From: a bacterium
GTDB taxonomy: Bacteria; Electryoneota; Electryoneia; Electryoneales; Electryoneaceae
Length of the DNA stretch: 64,000 bases
Assembly (NCBI GenBank): GCA_963675295.2
Contig: CAXXKJ010000002.1
Coordinates: forward strand, 1,600,001 to 1,664,000
Direction of reading: 5' to 3'
Below the pieces are notes generated by a model, which saw nothing but the letters and a program-made list of their open reading frames with translations, searched no databases and had not been told where the DNA came from. Positions 60,361 to 64,000 of this stretch are shown here, piece by piece. The translations under genes were made by a program, and so were the position numbers. Positions within the stretch are counted from its first letter, which is position 1. The number at the start of each line of letters is the position of its first letter.

Positions 60361-60422
60361 CAGGCGTTGCCCTCACTTTCGGGGGCTTGTGGTTGTAGGA
60401 ACATGGTTGTGAACACAAACTT

Positions 60423-60438
60423 ATGTAGGATGCTACAT
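60423..60438. promoter_or_regulatory. Palindromic candidate MarR operator
   Basis: ATGTAG-GATG-CTACAT about 60 bp upstream of marR; a second IR ACATTGT-N8-ACAATGT lies at 60450-60471. Confidence 0.6.
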
Positions 60439-60763
60439 TTTTCGAGTGCACATTGTAGAGACAGACAATGTAGAAGTCAAGGGGATCGTGAGGCGGATGC
60501 TCCCCGGGCTCGTTGCCCGAACTCCTGCTGGTCACGTGATTTGGTCAGAATCGAATATGAAACACTGGCTGCGTTTCGCGAGTCAAGGATGCAATGGCTG
60601 CGCCGAAAAAGCTTGACCGAAGTTGCGGAGTGTTTGTTGAGAGACGGTTGGGCTCAAGCCATGCAATCGGTCTCCGAGTGTCCGGAGCACGCGTAGATTC
60701 CCTGTGACGAGGTGCCGGTTGTTACACTCCAGCCGTGAATGCATCAACCGGATTGGATCTCCC

Positions 60764-61684
60764 ATGTCGTTTCCCGCCCTGTTTACTCGTCCAGGCCCGA
60801 ATGGTTTCGGTTATGGCTCCACCGCGGAGCGAGTGACTGCTGGGCTGGATCTTTCAGACAAACACATCCTGCTAACCGGTGCCAATTCCGGGCTGGGCGC
60901 GGAGACGCTCCGTGTGCTGATCAAGCGTGGCGCGACGGTCTACGCCACCGGCCGGACGCAGGCGCGAGCGCGGGCTACATGTCATCCGTATGGCGAACGC
61001 GCCGTGCCGCTGGTCTGTGAACTGACCGAGCCGGCTTCGATCCGGTCGTGTGTCGCGGATCTGAAATCGCGCGGGGTGACGCTTGACGCGATCATCGGCA
61101 ACGCGGGTGTATTAGCGGTGCCGCAGCGGGAAACAATCCACGGTATCGAGCGCCAGTTTTTCACCAATCACATCGGCCATTTCATGCTGGTGACCGGGTT
61201 GCTGGACGTATTGGCCGAGGATGGACGCGTGGTCATGGTCAGTAGTTCCGCGCATCGCCGTCCTCCGCAGGGCGGGATTCAGTTCGACGCGCTGGACGGT
61301 TCAGGGTGGTACGATCCCTGGGCCGCCTATGGCCATTCGAAACTGGCGAATCTATTGTTCGCGAAGGCGCTGGCGAACCGTTTCACCGGGACAAAGCGGG
61401 TGTCCATCGCGGTACATCCGGGGGTGATCCGGACCAACCTCGTGCGTCACATGGCGTGGTGGGTGGTGCCGGTGATGCGTGTCATCGACTGGTTCGTGTT
61501 CAAGTCGCTGGCGGAAGGTGCCTCGACGCAGGTGTATGCGGCGGTGCACCCGGACGCGGCGCAGTTGAACGGCCGGTTTCTCGTCAATTGCAATGTCGCC
61601 CAGCCCGCCGCGCATGGCCGTGACGAGCAGATGGCGGAGCGGTTGTGGCAGGTGTCGGACAAGATCGTTGCTTCGCTGGATTGA
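60764..61684 (+). CDS. Short-chain dehydrogenase/reductase (retinol dehydrogenase/WWOX-like)
   Basis: TGANSGLG, NAGV, NHIGHF, VSSSAH, YGHSK (YxxxK), HPGVIRT. Confidence 0.93.
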   Translation: MSFPALFTRPGPNGFGYGSTAERVTAGLDLSDKHILLTGANSGLGAETLRVLIKRGATVYATGRTQARARATCHPYGERAVPLVCELTEPASIRSCVADLKSRGVTLDAIIGNAGVLAVPQRETIHGIERQFFTNHIGHFMLVTGLLDVLAEDGRVVMVSSSAHRRPPQGGIQFDALDGSGWYDPWAAYGHSKLANLLFAKALANRFTGTKRVSIAVHPGVIRTNLVRHMAWWVVPVMRVIDWFVFKSLAEGASTQVYAAVHPDAAQLNGRFLVNCNVAQPAAHGRDEQMAERLWQVSDKIVASLD

Positions 61685-61774
61685 AGCTCCGCTTACGGCT
61701 GTCACGGCCTGTCGTCTTTTCGTGACATTTCTCGAGTCCGCTACCCAAACCTCTCTTCGTGCCCTAAGTTATGC

Positions 61775-63043
61775 ATGAAGCCTGGTTCTTCCATGGATCT
61801 CCGGATGGCATCAACATTCACACGTTTCCTGTTCCTGCTGCTCGCCACACTGCCGGCGCTGGGAGCGGTGTGTTCAGCGGAACCGTCGCTGCCCGCAAAG
61901 ACCGCCGTGGTCGGCTCGATCAAGAATCCAGACACCGGCAAGGGTGTGGACGGGGCGAAAGTATGGTACGACCCAGTTGACCTGGACGACCGTGTCGAAC
62001 AAGACCGGTTCTACAACTTCGCGGACGGAAAAGGCGTGTTCCTCGCCTATCTGTATCCGGGACGGTGGCGGATCACGTGCAAGGTTGCCGGGTACAGGGA
62101 AATCGTGGACGAGATTCGTGTTCGCAAGGATGGTCATGATCCGTGTAATTACATGCTCGAGCACTTGCCGCGGGGTTTGTACACGGAAAACCAACCGTCG
62201 CCCGGATACGCTCATTTCAGCGGGCTGGTAATTGACAATGACGTGCGTGTCGGCATTCCGGACGTGAGAGTCGAGTGCGAGCTGGGCACGTACACCACCG
62301 ACCGTGAGGGCCGGTTCAAGATCTACGACATCCCGCTCCACAAGCAGTCACTCACGCTCACCCACCCAGCCTACGAAACCAAAACACTGTCCATCGGCCC
62401 GATGAAAGAAGGGCAACTGGCCGGAAAAAAATTCTGGCTCGAGGTGTTGCCGTCCGAGTATGACAGCCTGACCTCGGATCCGGACGATTACGTAGTGCTG
62501 CGTGGGAAGGTGATTGACGGGCTGAGCCGTCTGCCTGTTAATGCACAGGTGAGTGTGGTCGCACCACGGTTGATCTTCTGGCCAGGCTACTGGCAGGATG
62601 GCGGTTCGTTTGAAATCACCGGGGTGCCGTTGGGCAAGCGGATGATCCTCGTGGAAACGGTTCGGGAACCTCCGTGGCACGCAATGCTCCCGGATACCCT
62701 GTTCATGCTGACGGTTGAGCCGACCGACACGTTGGACATCGAGATCGAGTTGCACATCAATTCCGGTCATGAGATCAAGCCTCTCCCGCCCGGCTGCATC
62801 GAGGGACAGGTGGTGAACTGGTACGGTGGTGATCCGATGGTGGAGTATCGGGTAAGCCTGCAAAGCTTGTATCACTGGACCAGAACCGACAGCGCCGGCC
62901 AGTTCCGGCTGGATCATGTGCCGGAGGGGGATCACGTGCTTCATATCAGCGATATGATGTTCTTCGACATGCGCCGGGAAATCGTTGTGCATGGAATCCA
63001 CGTATTCTCCGCGGACACGACACGAGTCAAGGTCAATTTCTGA
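61775..63043 (+). CDS. Exported protein with multiple carboxypeptidase-regulatory-like beta-sandwich domains
   Basis: Signal-like stretch; four repeats of G.v.d..tG.p...V...TD..GxF.. . Start uncertain (61775, 61793 or later). Confidence 0.75.
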   Translation: MKPGSSMDLRMASTFTRFLFLLLATLPALGAVCSAEPSLPAKTAVVGSIKNPDTGKGVDGAKVWYDPVDLDDRVEQDRFYNFADGKGVFLAYLYPGRWRITCKVAGYREIVDEIRVRKDGHDPCNYMLEHLPRGLYTENQPSPGYAHFSGLVIDNDVRVGIPDVRVECELGTYTTDREGRFKIYDIPLHKQSLTLTHPAYETKTLSIGPMKEGQLAGKKFWLEVLPSEYDSLTSDPDDYVVLRGKVIDGLSRLPVNAQVSVVAPRLIFWPGYWQDGGSFEITGVPLGKRMILVETVREPPWHAMLPDTLFMLTVEPTDTLDIEIELHINSGHEIKPLPPGCIEGQVVNWYGGDPMVEYRVSLQSLYHWTRTDSAGQFRLDHVPEGDHVLHISDMMFFDMRREIVVHGIHVFSADTTRVKVNF

Positions 63044-64000
63044 TGGCTGCCAGGACGACAAACGGGACATTGCGGATCGCAAGGCGTGGGCTCATTTCCG
63101 TGTTCGTGTTGACGATTCTGCTCGTCTTTGCAGCTTCCGCGTTAGGGCAGGGATACGGCTTCTGGTACGAACGGGATGAACGAATCCAGCTTCGCCTTCG
63201 TTGTGTTGTCGAGGATGCGATCACCGGAATCCCGATTCCCGGGGTATCGGCTGCGGTGCTGGACACGAATCGTGAGGGTCGATACGGGAATTGCGATCAG
63301 GAAACCTCGGACCTGTATGGCCGTTTCCGCGTTGACTACAAGACTGAGCCCGGCCGCGTGCCCGTGCTACGGCTGACGGCCATTGGATACGATACACTAT
63401 GGATCCAGGACCCCGGCTGGACGGAATCCGAACCGCCGCTCGCAACCTGGCAGTTGCAGCCGGAAATTCTGACCGTGCCGCGTGTCGAAATTGACTATCC
63501 TGGACCGGTGAAAGACAGTCCATATGAAGCAGTGTTGCCGGATTTCGTGCTCGATTCCACGCGTCCATCTTACGGCAGGTTGGAGGTTTTCCTCGACAGC
63601 GAAGAGGATGCTGCTGCATGGACGCTGGAGATAGACCAGCGGCGGCATTCGTCAACAGCAGACCGTCATTGGCTCATCGCGCAACTCCCGGTGGATACCT
63701 GCCGGCTGGATTTCTACCGGGACGATGTCTGGATTGCAGCGCTGGATTCGGTGCCGGTGGGCGGGGCGTTAACGACGCACATCGCGATGCGTCCGCCGCG
63801 TGCGGGGGAGGATTCGGTTGCGAGCTATCGTGAGATCTGGCATTGGGTGGAACGGGACAGCGGCTTTGTCGACGAGGCGTGGCAGGAGACACAGCGTGGC
63901 GAGCGCATCGATTTCAGCCGCAGGCATTTCCCGTTAAAGGGTGGGATGGTGCTGGAAGTGCTGCACTTCGTTGCCGGCGATGATCCCAACCCTGCGATGT
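63043..64000 (+). CDS. Exported protein with carboxypeptidase-regulatory-like domain, running off the window (absent from the ORF track)
   Basis: ATG overlaps the upstream TGA; my translation MAARTTNGTLRIARRGLISVFVLTILLVFAASALGQ...VVEDAITGIPIPGV...DLYGRF...AIGY stays open to the window end. Confidence 0.75.
   Translation, partial: MAARTTNGTLRIARRGLISVFVLTILLVFAASALGQGYGFWYERDERIQLRLRCVVEDAITGIPIPGVSAAVLDTNREGRYGNCDQETSDLYGRFRVDYKTEPGRVPVLRLTAIGYDTLWIQDPGWTESEPPLATWQLQPEILTVPRVEIDYPGPVKDSPYEAVLPDFVLDSTRPSYGRLEVFLDSEEDAAAWTLEIDQRRHSSTADRHWLIAQLPVDTCRLDFYRDDVWIAALDSVPVGGALTTHIAMRPPRAGEDSVASYREIWHWVERDSGFVDEAWQETQRGERIDFSRRHFPLKGGMVLEVLHFVAGDDPNPAM

Overview
A GC-rich bacterial chromosomal window with no rRNA, tRNA, CRISPR array or intact transposase/integrase that I can see. 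The backbone genes are obg, dprA, arcA, a GlcD-like FAD oxidase, a MrfA-MrfB-like helicase-exonuclease fusion, tgt, a zntB/corA transporter, radA, a MarR-RND efflux operon, an NtrC-type regulator and a six-PAS hybrid kinase. Scattered among them are 10 genes for secreted modular proteins. Nine end in a T9SS-type-A-like 'YPNPFN' C-terminal sorting domain (CTD) and eight share a ~110-aa beta-rich domain that I cannot name. This suggests an FCB-group lineage outside Bacteroidota (inference only). The genes after radA show cassette-like reuse of a 5' leader/signal-peptide module and a near-identical 3' module around unrelated, partly AT-rich passenger domains. Three sharply AT-rich inserts are candidate defence loci: a DUF2971-like gene, a membrane protein + DUF3696-type ABC ATPase + 146-aa partner operon, and a two-gene pair beside higBA. 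Non-coding signals include heptamer arrays at gene 3' ends, REP/REPIN-like hairpins followed by T-rich 9-mer arrays, several clear operators, and at least five apparently leaderless genes. All family assignments come from motifs recognised by eye; no database searches were run.
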